From positions 1 to 49,627 of the forward strand of contig JBEKUF010000004.1 in assembly GCA_049515295.1 (NCBI GenBank): 49,627 bases of DNA, read 5' to 3'. The stretch comes from Verrucomicrobiia bacterium (GTDB taxonomy: Bacteria > Verrucomicrobiota > Verrucomicrobiia > Palsa-1439). Positions 27,657 through 36,791 of the stretch are shown here, in pieces (position 1 is the stretch's first letter; every line of letters starts with the position of its first letter). Position numbers and translations under genes: made by a program. The notes beneath the pieces are model-generated. The model searched no databases, was not told the origin of the DNA, and saw only the letters and a program-made list of their open reading frames with translations.

Positions 27657-28855
27657 AAATCCTCGCGCTCATTTCGAAGTTTCCATGGCCGCTCACCGAC
27701 GGCGCGGTAATCCGTGATTTCAATCTCCTTCGTGAGGCCGCCAAGCGGCATGACATATCGCTGCTTTGCTTCCTGTTTAAGCCGACCGACCGTGAGCACT
27801 TCAACGCGCTCCGCCCCTATTGCAAAGAGATCGTTGGCATTGACCTCGCGCGCCCGAAATGGCGGAAGCTGACTAACGCAGCTCAGAGCCTCGCGACCGC
27901 AGATCCTTTCATCATTCGCGAATACTGGCGCACGGAAATGGCCCACGCCCTGGAAAGATTCGTCAAGGAGGAACACATCGATGTCATCCACTCGCACTTT
28001 CTGCACATGAGCCAATATGTCGGCCACAAGCGGAACGCGGCGTTCGTCCACGACGCGCACAATCTCGAACACGTCCTCTGGCAGCGCATGGAGCGCACCA
28101 CGGCGAATCCATTCAAGAAGGCGTTCATCCGTTCCCAATACGGCAAGCTGGTTCGGCTCCAACAGGACGTGGCACGCGCCAGCGAGAAATGCGTCGTGCT
28201 CTCCGACGAAGATCGCGTCGAATACCTGCGCATTTGTCCAGAAGCCGATGTTTCCACCGTACCCAATGGCGCGGACGTCGAGTACTGGACTCCGCGCGAT
28301 ACCGATGGAGCCACCGAACCGGATTCCATACTTTATTTTGGCAACCTGAGTTGGCCACCGCAGGCCGACGCTGCCGTTCACTTCCACAACAAGATTCTTC
28401 CCCTTGTTCGCCAGCGCGTGCCGGATGTGACGTTCTATATCGCGGGACAGAACCCACCTGACACAGTGAAAGCTCTCGCGGGCGACCGCGTAATTGTCAC
28501 CGGCTTCGTTCCCGACATGCGCGATTACGTGTCCCGCGCCGCCATCGTCGTGATGCCGCTGCGCGCCGGGGCCGGCACGAAGCACCGCGTGTTTCAGGCT
28601 ATGTGCATGAAAAAGCCCCTGGTCTGCACATCTGTGGCCGCCGAAGGCATTGCCCTCACACACGGCGAAACCGCCCTGCTCGCGGACGATCCTGAAACAT
28701 TTGCCAACGCCACGGTTTCTCTGCTACAAAATGCGGCGTTGCGCCAGAGGCTCGGCGAACGAGGCCGTCAGCTTGTCCTCGATCGCTATGATTGGCGCGC
28801 GATCTACGAACGACTGGAAGAGGCATTTCAGGAGGCAGTCCGCAAACGGAAATGA
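27653..28855 (+). CDS. Glycosyltransferase family 4
   Basis: FPWPLTDG, DAHNLE, VPNGAD, GFVPDMR, PLRAGAGTK. Confidence 0.88.
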   Translation: MKILALISKFPWPLTDGAVIRDFNLLREAAKRHDISLLCFLFKPTDREHFNALRPYCKEIVGIDLARPKWRKLTNAAQSLATADPFIIREYWRTEMAHALERFVKEEHIDVIHSHFLHMSQYVGHKRNAAFVHDAHNLEHVLWQRMERTTANPFKKAFIRSQYGKLVRLQQDVARASEKCVVLSDEDRVEYLRICPEADVSTVPNGADVEYWTPRDTDGATEPDSILYFGNLSWPPQADAAVHFHNKILPLVRQRVPDVTFYIAGQNPPDTVKALAGDRVIVTGFVPDMRDYVSRAAIVVMPLRAGAGTKHRVFQAMCMKKPLVCTSVAAEGIALTHGETALLADDPETFANATVSLLQNAALRQRLGERGRQLVLDRYDWRAIYERLEEAFQEAVRKRK

Positions 28856-30918
28856 CAAACGGCAGGAGTTATCGTGTCGGCCTCGTTGGCGCAGGGTACG
28901 TCAGCGAGTTTCATATCAAAGCGTTGAAACGTCTGCCCAACGTGCGCATTGTGGGCATTACCGACCTCGATGGCAGGCGCGCACGGGCCACCGCCCAACG
29001 GTTCGGCATCACGTCGCATCCGTCGTTGAAGGTGATGGCCGCGGAAGGCCTCGATGTCGTCCATGTCCTCACCCCGCCCAACAGCCATGTCGATGTCGCG
29101 CTGGAAGCGTTGTCTCTCGGCTGCCACGTGCTCGTGGAAAAACCGTTGGCTACAAGCGTCGAGGACTGCGACCGGCTCATTGCTGAAAGCCAGTCGCGTA
29201 AACTGCGAGTCTGTGTAAATCATTCATTGCTGGGCGATCCATTGATCAAACGAGCGCTGGAACTGGTCAAGACGGGCGCCATTGGCGACGTTCTCGCCGT
29301 CGATTACCTGCGCAGTTCAAATTACCCGCCGTACCGCGGCGGTCCCCTCCCCCCACACTATCGCGAGGGTGGCTACCAGTTTCGCGACCTCGGTGTGCAT
29401 GCCCTGTATTTGCTGCGGGAGTTTCTGGGGAACATCCAGGATGTGCAGGCCGACTTTCGCACGTCAGGTCTGAAGGACAGCGATCCGAACATCCATTTCG
29501 ACGAGTGGCGCGCGTTGGTCCGTTGCGCCAAGGGCACCGGTAACATTCAGCTCTCGTGGAATGTCAAGCCACTCCAGCATCAACTGATTATTCAGGGCAC
29601 TCGCGGCACCTTGCGGGCGGATCTATTTGCCATATACCTGACGCGCCGCCGCCACACGCCTTTGCCAAAGGCCGCCGAGCGCGTGGTCAACGCGTTGGCA
29701 GAATCTGCCTCATCCGCGGCGCAATTGACTTGGAACGCCTCGCTATTTGCAGTCGGCCAGCTCCAGCCGTATCAAGGGCTTCACAATTTTGTCGGCGCAT
29801 TCTACGAATCTCTCGCTACCAACAACGTGATGCCGGCGGGTCTCGAACAGGCCCGAGAAGTCGTGCGCTGGACGGAGCAGGTCGCGCGCGAAGCCGACCA
29901 CGCCAAGGCCGAGTTCTATGGTCAATATCAGCCGAGCGACCATCCCGCAGTCGTCGTCACGGGCGCGAACGGCCTCCTCGGCAGCGCGTTTGTGAAACGC
30001 CTTATTGACGAAGACGAGTATGTCCGCTTGTTCGTGCGACGTCTACCCCCACCAGAGATTGCCGATCATCCGCAAATCGAGGTTGTCCTCGGTGAACTTG
30101 GCGATCCCGATGCGGTGGATCGCGCTATCGACGGGGCGACCGCGGTCTTTCACATCGGTGCGGCCATGAGCGGCGGTTGGGCGGCGCACGAGGCTGCCAC
30201 CATCGCGGGCACCCGCAACGTAGTTGAGGCATGCCTGAAGCATGAAGTGCCCAAGGTAATTTACATCAGTTCCCTGTCGGTAATTGACTGGGCAGGCCAT
30301 CCCGCCAACCAACCGGTCACCGAATCCGCAACCTTGGAACCTGCTCCCCGGCAGCGCGGCTTTTACACGCAAGCCAAACTCGAAGCCGAGCGCATCATCC
30401 GTGCGGCGGCGCAGGAACGCGGTTTGCCCGTCGTTATTCTTCGTCCCGGCCAAATCTGGACTGAGAGCAGTCCGCTCATCACCGCTGCCGTCGGCGTGCG
30501 TTTCGGCCACTGGCTGGTCGTTATCGGCGACGATTCAAACCAGTTGCCGCTCGTTCACGTGGACGATGTCGTCGAAGCCATCGTCCTCTCCACGCAAAGC
30601 CCCTTCTCTCATGGTGAGGTGTTTCAAGTTGTGGACAATGAGTTAATGAGCCGCGAGGAACTCGTGCGCCTGTATTCCCGTGCGCGCGAACCCCGACTCC
30701 GCGCCATACGGATTCCCCTTGGGCCGGCCTGTTTCCTGGCCGGCGGAATCGACTGGCTAACTTCGATGCTGGGTCGCCCCGCGCCGGTCTCGCCATACCG
30801 GTTGCGCTCCGCTGTCGCACCGCTGGTATTCGATTGCTCCCGAGCGCGTGACCAACTTCACTGGGAACCGCAAGCCCATACCCGCGATGCACTACGCAAG
30901 TTGTTGGCATTCAAATAG
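28852..30918 (+). CDS. Gfo/Idh/MocA oxidoreductase fused to an NAD-dependent epimerase/dehydratase
   Basis: N-terminal VGAGYVS, HVLVEKP, DLGVH. C-terminal VTGANGLLG, YISSLSV, YTQAK. Confidence 0.85.
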   Translation: MTNGRSYRVGLVGAGYVSEFHIKALKRLPNVRIVGITDLDGRRARATAQRFGITSHPSLKVMAAEGLDVVHVLTPPNSHVDVALEALSLGCHVLVEKPLATSVEDCDRLIAESQSRKLRVCVNHSLLGDPLIKRALELVKTGAIGDVLAVDYLRSSNYPPYRGGPLPPHYREGGYQFRDLGVHALYLLREFLGNIQDVQADFRTSGLKDSDPNIHFDEWRALVRCAKGTGNIQLSWNVKPLQHQLIIQGTRGTLRADLFAIYLTRRRHTPLPKAAERVVNALAESASSAAQLTWNASLFAVGQLQPYQGLHNFVGAFYESLATNNVMPAGLEQAREVVRWTEQVAREADHAKAEFYGQYQPSDHPAVVVTGANGLLGSAFVKRLIDEDEYVRLFVRRLPPPEIADHPQIEVVLGELGDPDAVDRAIDGATAVFHIGAAMSGGWAAHEAATIAGTRNVVEACLKHEVPKVIYISSLSVIDWAGHPANQPVTESATLEPAPRQRGFYTQAKLEAERIIRAAAQERGLPVVILRPGQIWTESSPLITAAVGVRFGHWLVVIGDDSNQLPLVHVDDVVEAIVLSTQSPFSHGEVFQVVDNELMSREELVRLYSRAREPRLRAIRIPLGPACFLAGGIDWLTSMLGRPAPVSPYRLRSAVAPLVFDCSRARDQLHWEPQAHTRDALRKLLAFK

Positions 30919-30943
30919 ATAGCAGGTTGCTGCTTCGGCCAAT

Positions 30944-32077
30944 ATGACAAGCATTTGGATAATTGTCTTTGTCGTCTCCGCTGGGGCCATCGTCTGGTCT
31001 TATGGTATCTATCCGTTGTTGCTTGCGCTGGTGCCCGTGCGTCGCCACAAGCAAACCGGTGACCTTTCCGATTGGCCGACGCTCTCAGTGCTGATCAGCG
31101 TGTACAATGAAGAGAAGCACATCGTGACGCGTCTTGAGAATCTGCTCGCCCTCGACTATCCAAGCGACAAACTGGAGATCTTGATTGGATCGGACGCCTC
31201 GACTGACCGCACCAACGACCTGGTGAGGGCGTTTCCAGACGCGCGCGTGAAACTGTACACGTTTGAGCAACGCGGGGGCAAACCCGGCGTGCTCAACAGA
31301 CTCGTGCCACAAATACGTTCTGAGCTGCTCGTGTTCAGCGATGCGAACGCGATGTTTGCTCGAGACGCGCTCCGAAAACTGGCGCGACATTTTGCAAATC
31401 CGCGGATTGGCGGCGTGTGTGGACAGCTCGTATTCCACGGCGACAGTCGTGAGACGGATGAGGGTCCGTACTGGAAACTGGAGACGTATTTGAAGACGCG
31501 AGAAAGTGCGTTGGATTCCTGTCTCGGGGCCAATGGGGCCATCTATGCCATTCGCAAGTCGTGCTGGCCCGGCATACCCGACAACACGTTCGTCGATGAT
31601 TTCGTCATCGGTATGCGGGTGCGCGAGCAGGGACTCCTCGTGATTTACGACACGGAGGCGGTGGCCACCGAGGAATTGCCGCAATCGGTGGGCCACGAAA
31701 TGATCCGGCGCATACGCATCGGCGCGGGCGATTTCCAAGCGTTATTCCTGTGTTGGCGTTCACTCTTGCCATGGCGCGGGTTTTATTCGATCGCGTTCTG
31801 GTCGCACAAGGTCTTGCGGTGGCTCACCCCGTTCTTGATGATCGCGGCACTGGTCTCGAATGTCGCCCTGCTGCCCCACCCGCTCTTCGCGGCGCTGCTG
31901 GCGCTACAACTGGTGTTTTACGGCCTGGCGCTTCTTGGTGTTTTCATCCGGAGACGGAAGATGGTGTTGTTCAGCGCTCCCTGCTATTTCGTCACAATCA
32001 ACCTCGCGTTGTTGTTCGGGTTCTTCCGCTTCATTACCGGAACACAACAAGCCGCTTGGAAACGGACGGCTCGGTAA
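30944..32077 (+). CDS. Membrane GT2, CESA-like subfamily
   Basis: VYNEE, SDASTD, GKPGVLN, FSDAN, GAIYAIR, DDF, RRIRI; N- and C-terminal TMs. Confidence 0.9.
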   Translation: MTSIWIIVFVVSAGAIVWSYGIYPLLLALVPVRRHKQTGDLSDWPTLSVLISVYNEEKHIVTRLENLLALDYPSDKLEILIGSDASTDRTNDLVRAFPDARVKLYTFEQRGGKPGVLNRLVPQIRSELLVFSDANAMFARDALRKLARHFANPRIGGVCGQLVFHGDSRETDEGPYWKLETYLKTRESALDSCLGANGAIYAIRKSCWPGIPDNTFVDDFVIGMRVREQGLLVIYDTEAVATEELPQSVGHEMIRRIRIGAGDFQALFLCWRSLLPWRGFYSIAFWSHKVLRWLTPFLMIAALVSNVALLPHPLFAALLALQLVFYGLALLGVFIRRRKMVLFSAPCYFVTINLALLFGFFRFITGTQQAAWKRTAR

Positions 32078-32080
32078 GTC

Positions 32081-33988
32081 ATGTGTGGGATTGCGGGCAA
32101 ATTTAATTTTGCCGACAACGCGCCGGTTTCCCGCGAGTTGATCGCGCGTATGAATGTGGCCCAAACGCATCGCGGGCCGGACGGCAGCGGCGAGTACTTC
32201 GATCGCGGTGTGGGGCTGGCGCATCGACGCTTGAGCATTCTCGATGTGGAAGGCGGCCGCCAACCGATGACCAATGAGGACAACACGATCTGGATTGTGT
32301 TCAACGGCGAGATTTACAATTTCCCCGAACTTCGTGATCGACTCGAAGCGAAAGGGCACAGGTTCCGTTCCCATTGCGATACGGAAGCCATCGTTCATCT
32401 GTACGAAGAACTGGGTGAGAACTGCGTCGATGAGTTGCGGGGAATGTTTGCGTTCGCGATCTGGGACTCCCGTGTCGAGAAGTTGTTTATCGCGCGCGAT
32501 CGGATCGGCATCAAGCCCCTTCATTACGCCGTGCTCAGTGGCAAGTCGCTGGTGTTCGGTAGCGAAATCAAAGCCATCCTGCAGGACGAAGCCGTTCCGC
32601 GCCGTGTGAACCCTGAGGCGCTCAGCGAATACGTCAGTCTGTTGTACGTGCCCGACCCTCGCACGATGTTTGTCGGGATCCAGAAACTACCCCCGGCGCA
32701 CACGCTCACCTGCGACCGCAACGGCGTGCGCGTTCGTCAATACTGGGACGTCTGTTACGACGTGAACGAATCGCTCACCGAGGAACAGGCGGCGGGGCAA
32801 CTCTTCGATCTGTTAAAGAGCACGGTCAAGGAGCATCTCCTGTCCGACGTACCTCTCGGCGCATTCCTCAGCGGCGGGGTCGATTCCAGCACCATCGTCG
32901 GCCTGATGCGGGAGGTCATCACCGGCAACCTGGTAACTTCCTCCCTCGGATTCGAAGAGGAAGCGTACAACGAACTGCCGTACGCACGCCAGATGGCGGA
33001 ACGGTTTCACTCGGAGCATCACGAGCAGGTTGTCCACGCCGATGTCGAGCACCTGTTCCCGCTGATTGTCTGGTCGTTCGATGAGCCGTTTGCGGATTCA
33101 TCGGCCATCCCGACGTACTATGTCAGCAAGACCGCTCGCGAACACGTGACGGTCGCTCTCAGCGGCGATGGCGGGGATGAGCTGTTTGCCGGTTACGCGC
33201 GGTTTCGGCTTGGGCAATTGGAGCATCGACTTCGGCGTGCGCTTGGGCCATTGCGGTTCTTGGGCGCGATGACGCGTGTGTTGCCCGATGATGTGCGATT
33301 CAAAGCCAAAAACTCGCTGGAAAGCATCACGCGCACGGCTGACGATGCTTGTGCGCGTAAACACTTCTTGTACCTCTTCACCGCACAGGCGAAGCGGCAC
33401 TTCATGGCGCAACCGGAGACGCACGATTACGCCGCCAAGTTCCGCGAGGTGTATCGCCAGGCGCATGCGGCGCCCGACGACTGGCTCAACCGGGCTTTGT
33501 ATGTGGATCTGAAGACGTATCTCGTCGACGACATCCTCACCAAGGTCGATCGCATGAGCATGGCTGTCTCGCTGGAGACACGTCCGCCGTTGCTGGACCA
33601 CAAAGTCGTCGAGTTCGTCGCCACGTTGCCGCCGCGTTTCAAACTCAAAGGTTTCGAGAGTAAACACGTCCTTAAGAAAGCCGCCTCGCGCCTCGTGCCG
33701 CAGGAGATTCTCTCGCGCAAGAAGCAGGGGTTCCGCCTCCCGATTGCGGAATGGTTACGGGGCCAATTGCGCGGAACCGCTGAAGACCTCCTCTTGGGAC
33801 CGGCGGCGACACAGCGGGGATATTTCAAGAAGTCCGAGTTGGAGACCCTCTGGCGCAATCACTTGAGCGGTCACCGCGACAACGCACACCAGATCTGGTC
33901 GCTCATTCTGCTGGAATTGTGGCACCGGAAGTACATCGACGATTCCAGTCCCCCGATCGCACCCAGGTCACTCTCGGCCAATTGCTAA
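32081..33988 (+). CDS. asnB: Asparagine synthase (glutamine-hydrolysing) family amidotransferase
   Basis: MCGIAG, HRGPD, RRLSILD, FNGEIYN, FLSGGVDSS, LSGDGGDE, KVDRMSM. Confidence 0.92.
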   Translation: MCGIAGKFNFADNAPVSRELIARMNVAQTHRGPDGSGEYFDRGVGLAHRRLSILDVEGGRQPMTNEDNTIWIVFNGEIYNFPELRDRLEAKGHRFRSHCDTEAIVHLYEELGENCVDELRGMFAFAIWDSRVEKLFIARDRIGIKPLHYAVLSGKSLVFGSEIKAILQDEAVPRRVNPEALSEYVSLLYVPDPRTMFVGIQKLPPAHTLTCDRNGVRVRQYWDVCYDVNESLTEEQAAGQLFDLLKSTVKEHLLSDVPLGAFLSGGVDSSTIVGLMREVITGNLVTSSLGFEEEAYNELPYARQMAERFHSEHHEQVVHADVEHLFPLIVWSFDEPFADSSAIPTYYVSKTAREHVTVALSGDGGDELFAGYARFRLGQLEHRLRRALGPLRFLGAMTRVLPDDVRFKAKNSLESITRTADDACARKHFLYLFTAQAKRHFMAQPETHDYAAKFREVYRQAHAAPDDWLNRALYVDLKTYLVDDILTKVDRMSMAVSLETRPPLLDHKVVEFVATLPPRFKLKGFESKHVLKKAASRLVPQEILSRKKQGFRLPIAEWLRGQLRGTAEDLLLGPAATQRGYFKKSELETLWRNHLSGHRDNAHQIWSLILLELWHRKYIDDSSPPIAPRSLSANC

Positions 33989-33990
33989 TC

Positions 33991-35730
33991 ATGCCCGGTC
34001 TCGTCGGCATCTTCTCCTCCACCCCACAGAACGACATCGAGCGCACCCTGTCGCGCATGATCGCGTCGGTACGGCATTTCGACTGGTACAACGTCGACCA
34101 GTTCGTCTCGCCACTGCGCACTTTCGCCTGCGCTCACGTTCATCTCGGCATTCTGCCAACCGAGAATTCCTCACACCATTGGTTTCATGGCGAGGAAACG
34201 GATGGTTTCACCCGCGTTGATTACGACGAGCCAACGCAACAGCTCACCATCTCCAATGATGCATTCGGCATGATGCCCCTCTTCTATTACCACAAGGCCA
34301 ATCTGTTCGTTTTCGGCACCGAGATGAAAGCGGTGCTGGCCCATCCGGCGGTCAGTCCCAACATGGATGCACGAGGCCTCGCCGACCTCATGGCATACGG
34401 TTTTGTCTTTGGCGAAAGGACACTCGTGCAGGGCTTGAAATGCCTGCCCGGTGGGTCAACGCTGCGGTGTGAGGCGCGCACCGGACAGACCAAAATCGAG
34501 CGAAACTGGGATTTTCGTCAACACATTGGCCGGGGCTCGCGAAGGAATGGAGCCCTTCTCGACGAGATCGCCGACAAATTCAAATCCTCAGTGCGCAGGC
34601 GCTGTGCGGGCGGCGTGCCCATCGGTGTTTCGCTGTCGGGCGGCTACGACTCGCGCACGATTACCGCAGCCATCGATCATCCACAAACGAAGATTCAAAC
34701 TCTGACACTCGATGTATGGGGCGGTGCGGACCAGATTATCGCCGAGCAAATCGCGCGCGGCACGAGCGGGTTGCCAAACCATCACTTCATTGAGAACAGC
34801 ACGGATTTCTTTGCAAAATGGCCCCGGTACGTCCGTGAGATGGTGTGGTTGAGCGACGGCATGTATTACGATGAAGCGTGCGTGATGATGTCCACACTCG
34901 ACCGGTACCGCGACTTCGGTATTCAAATTGCCCTGCGCGGCCACGGCGGCGAACTGGCGCGTATGCAATGGGCCTATGAACTGGCCTGCAACCGCTTCCT
35001 CCGGGATTGCCGCACGCAATCCGACGTGATGGCGCAACTGTTTCGACAAATGGCGTTTGGTCTTACCGATGCCGATTGTGACGCGTTATTCGCACCCGAA
35101 CTGGCGAAGCCCCTCCACGACGCCGCGCGTGCATCTATGGAAGAAGCTTTCGACGGAGTGGATGCCTCGTGGAACGTGATCGATCAGGTCAGTTGCGTGT
35201 TCGTTCAGGAATATCTACGACGGCAATCCGTGCCGTCGCTCGCGCAATTGCGCAGCCGCGTCGAAGTACGAATGCCGTTTCTCGACCGCGAGTACGTGGA
35301 CGCGGTGTTGAAGCTCGCTCCGATGGAGCGTCTCGGCACGCGAGTGCATCGTCACTTGTTAGCGCGGCACAACCCTGACTTGTTGCGTATCACGAACGCC
35401 AACACCGGCGCACCATCCGGCGCGGGCGATTTCACACAGCGCTTGTATCGCAAGACCAACGGCTATCTGAAGCGGTTCTTCGGCTACGAGCGCTACAAGC
35501 ACTACGTGGACGTTCCCGCCTGGTTGCGCGGGCCCTTACGGCCACACATCGAGAGCGTGCTGTTGGACAAGCGTACGCTCCATCGCGGCTTGTATCGCGA
35601 GGACGGAGTACGTGAATTGGTCAACGCCCACATGAGCGGCCAACAAGATCGCGGTCCCGCGCTATTGCTACTACTGTTCCTGGAATTGTGGAACCGACAA
35701 TTCGTCGACGGAGAGTCATGGCGATGCTGA
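33991..35730 (+). CDS. Asparagine-synthase-related protein lacking the catalytic N-terminal Cys
   Basis: Starts MPGLVG. Retains DAFGMMPLFY, SLSGGYDSR, RGHGGE, RMPFLD. Confidence 0.8.
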   Translation: MPGLVGIFSSTPQNDIERTLSRMIASVRHFDWYNVDQFVSPLRTFACAHVHLGILPTENSSHHWFHGEETDGFTRVDYDEPTQQLTISNDAFGMMPLFYYHKANLFVFGTEMKAVLAHPAVSPNMDARGLADLMAYGFVFGERTLVQGLKCLPGGSTLRCEARTGQTKIERNWDFRQHIGRGSRRNGALLDEIADKFKSSVRRRCAGGVPIGVSLSGGYDSRTITAAIDHPQTKIQTLTLDVWGGADQIIAEQIARGTSGLPNHHFIENSTDFFAKWPRYVREMVWLSDGMYYDEACVMMSTLDRYRDFGIQIALRGHGGELARMQWAYELACNRFLRDCRTQSDVMAQLFRQMAFGLTDADCDALFAPELAKPLHDAARASMEEAFDGVDASWNVIDQVSCVFVQEYLRRQSVPSLAQLRSRVEVRMPFLDREYVDAVLKLAPMERLGTRVHRHLLARHNPDLLRITNANTGAPSGAGDFTQRLYRKTNGYLKRFFGYERYKHYVDVPAWLRGPLRPHIESVLLDKRTLHRGLYREDGVRELVNAHMSGQQDRGPALLLLLFLELWNRQFVDGESWRC

Positions 35731-36791
35731 AGAACGTCCACCTGTGGCTGCCTTACTATCTCCGGCGACGGCCGCCAGAACCGGTCACGCCGACACATGT
35801 TTTCTTCTGCTTTGTGGACCATTACGAACCGTTGTGGAACAAGGCTTCCCGTCACCAGGGCTTGGAGCGGGTCGAGCATTGGCTCGAGAATTACCCGCGA
35901 ATGGCGGATCAGTTTCACGATGCCGACGGGCACCTGCCGCAACACACCTTTTTCTATCCTGCCGAGGAGTACGTGCCGGAATACCTCGACCTACTCGCGC
36001 AACTATGCCAGCGCGGTTACGGCGAAGTGGAGATTCACCTGCATCACGACAACGACACGGCCGAGAAACTTCGCCAGACGATCGAGGAATTTAAGGCCAG
36101 GCTGCACAACCACGGGTTTCTCTCCCAAGGCCGCTATGGCTTCATTCACGGCAACTGGTCGCTGGACAATTCACGTCGCGACGGACGGTGGTGCGGCGTA
36201 AACAACGAATTGCAAGTGCTAAGCGACACCGGCTGTTACGCGGATTTCACGCTCCCGAGCGCACCAAGCGAGTGCCAGACGCACAAGATCAATTCGATTT
36301 ACTATGCAACGGACGATCCGTTGCGGCCCAAGTCCCATGATACGGGCGTGGACGTGTGCGTCGGTGGGAAACCAAGCGGCGATCTGCTCGTCGTCCAAGG
36401 CCCGCTGGCGCTGAACTGGACCAACCGCAAACTCGATGTGATCCCGCGCATCGAGAACAGCGAGGTGGCCCATAACGCGCCGGTGACCCCGGATCGGATT
36501 CACAACTGGATCGCCCAACGCATTGGCGTGATTGGCAAACCCGATTGGGTGTTTGTGAAAGTGTACACGCACGGCTGCCAGGAGATGAATTTTGATACTG
36601 CACTCGGTCAATCAGCCGCCGTGATGCACGGTCATCTGCAGAGGATTTGTAATGATGGCTCGAATTTCCTGCTGCACTATGTCACGGCTCGCGAGATGTG
36701 CAATCTGATCAAGGCTGCCGAGGCCGGCCAGACGAGTGATCCGAAGCAGTATCGCGATTTCGTCCTGCCTCCCCCTCCAGTGCGACAATAG
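35718..36791 (+). CDS. Conserved hypothetical protein, possible polysaccharide deacetylase-like metalloenzyme
   Basis: VDHYEP, HTFFYP, EIHLHH, GFIHGNW, YADFTLP, VKVYTHG. Last gene of the cluster. Confidence 0.6.
   Translation: MAMLKNVHLWLPYYLRRRPPEPVTPTHVFFCFVDHYEPLWNKASRHQGLERVEHWLENYPRMADQFHDADGHLPQHTFFYPAEEYVPEYLDLLAQLCQRGYGEVEIHLHHDNDTAEKLRQTIEEFKARLHNHGFLSQGRYGFIHGNWSLDNSRRDGRWCGVNNELQVLSDTGCYADFTLPSAPSECQTHKINSIYYATDDPLRPKSHDTGVDVCVGGKPSGDLLVVQGPLALNWTNRKLDVIPRIENSEVAHNAPVTPDRIHNWIAQRIGVIGKPDWVFVKVYTHGCQEMNFDTALGQSAAVMHGHLQRICNDGSNFLLHYVTAREMCNLIKAAEAGQTSDPKQYRDFVLPPPPVRQ

Noticed and set aside
33991-35730. Lasso-peptide cyclase
   Set aside because: It is AsnB-like without the Cys, but there is no B1/B2 (RRE/peptidase) gene or convincing precursor, and the context is polysaccharide synthesis.
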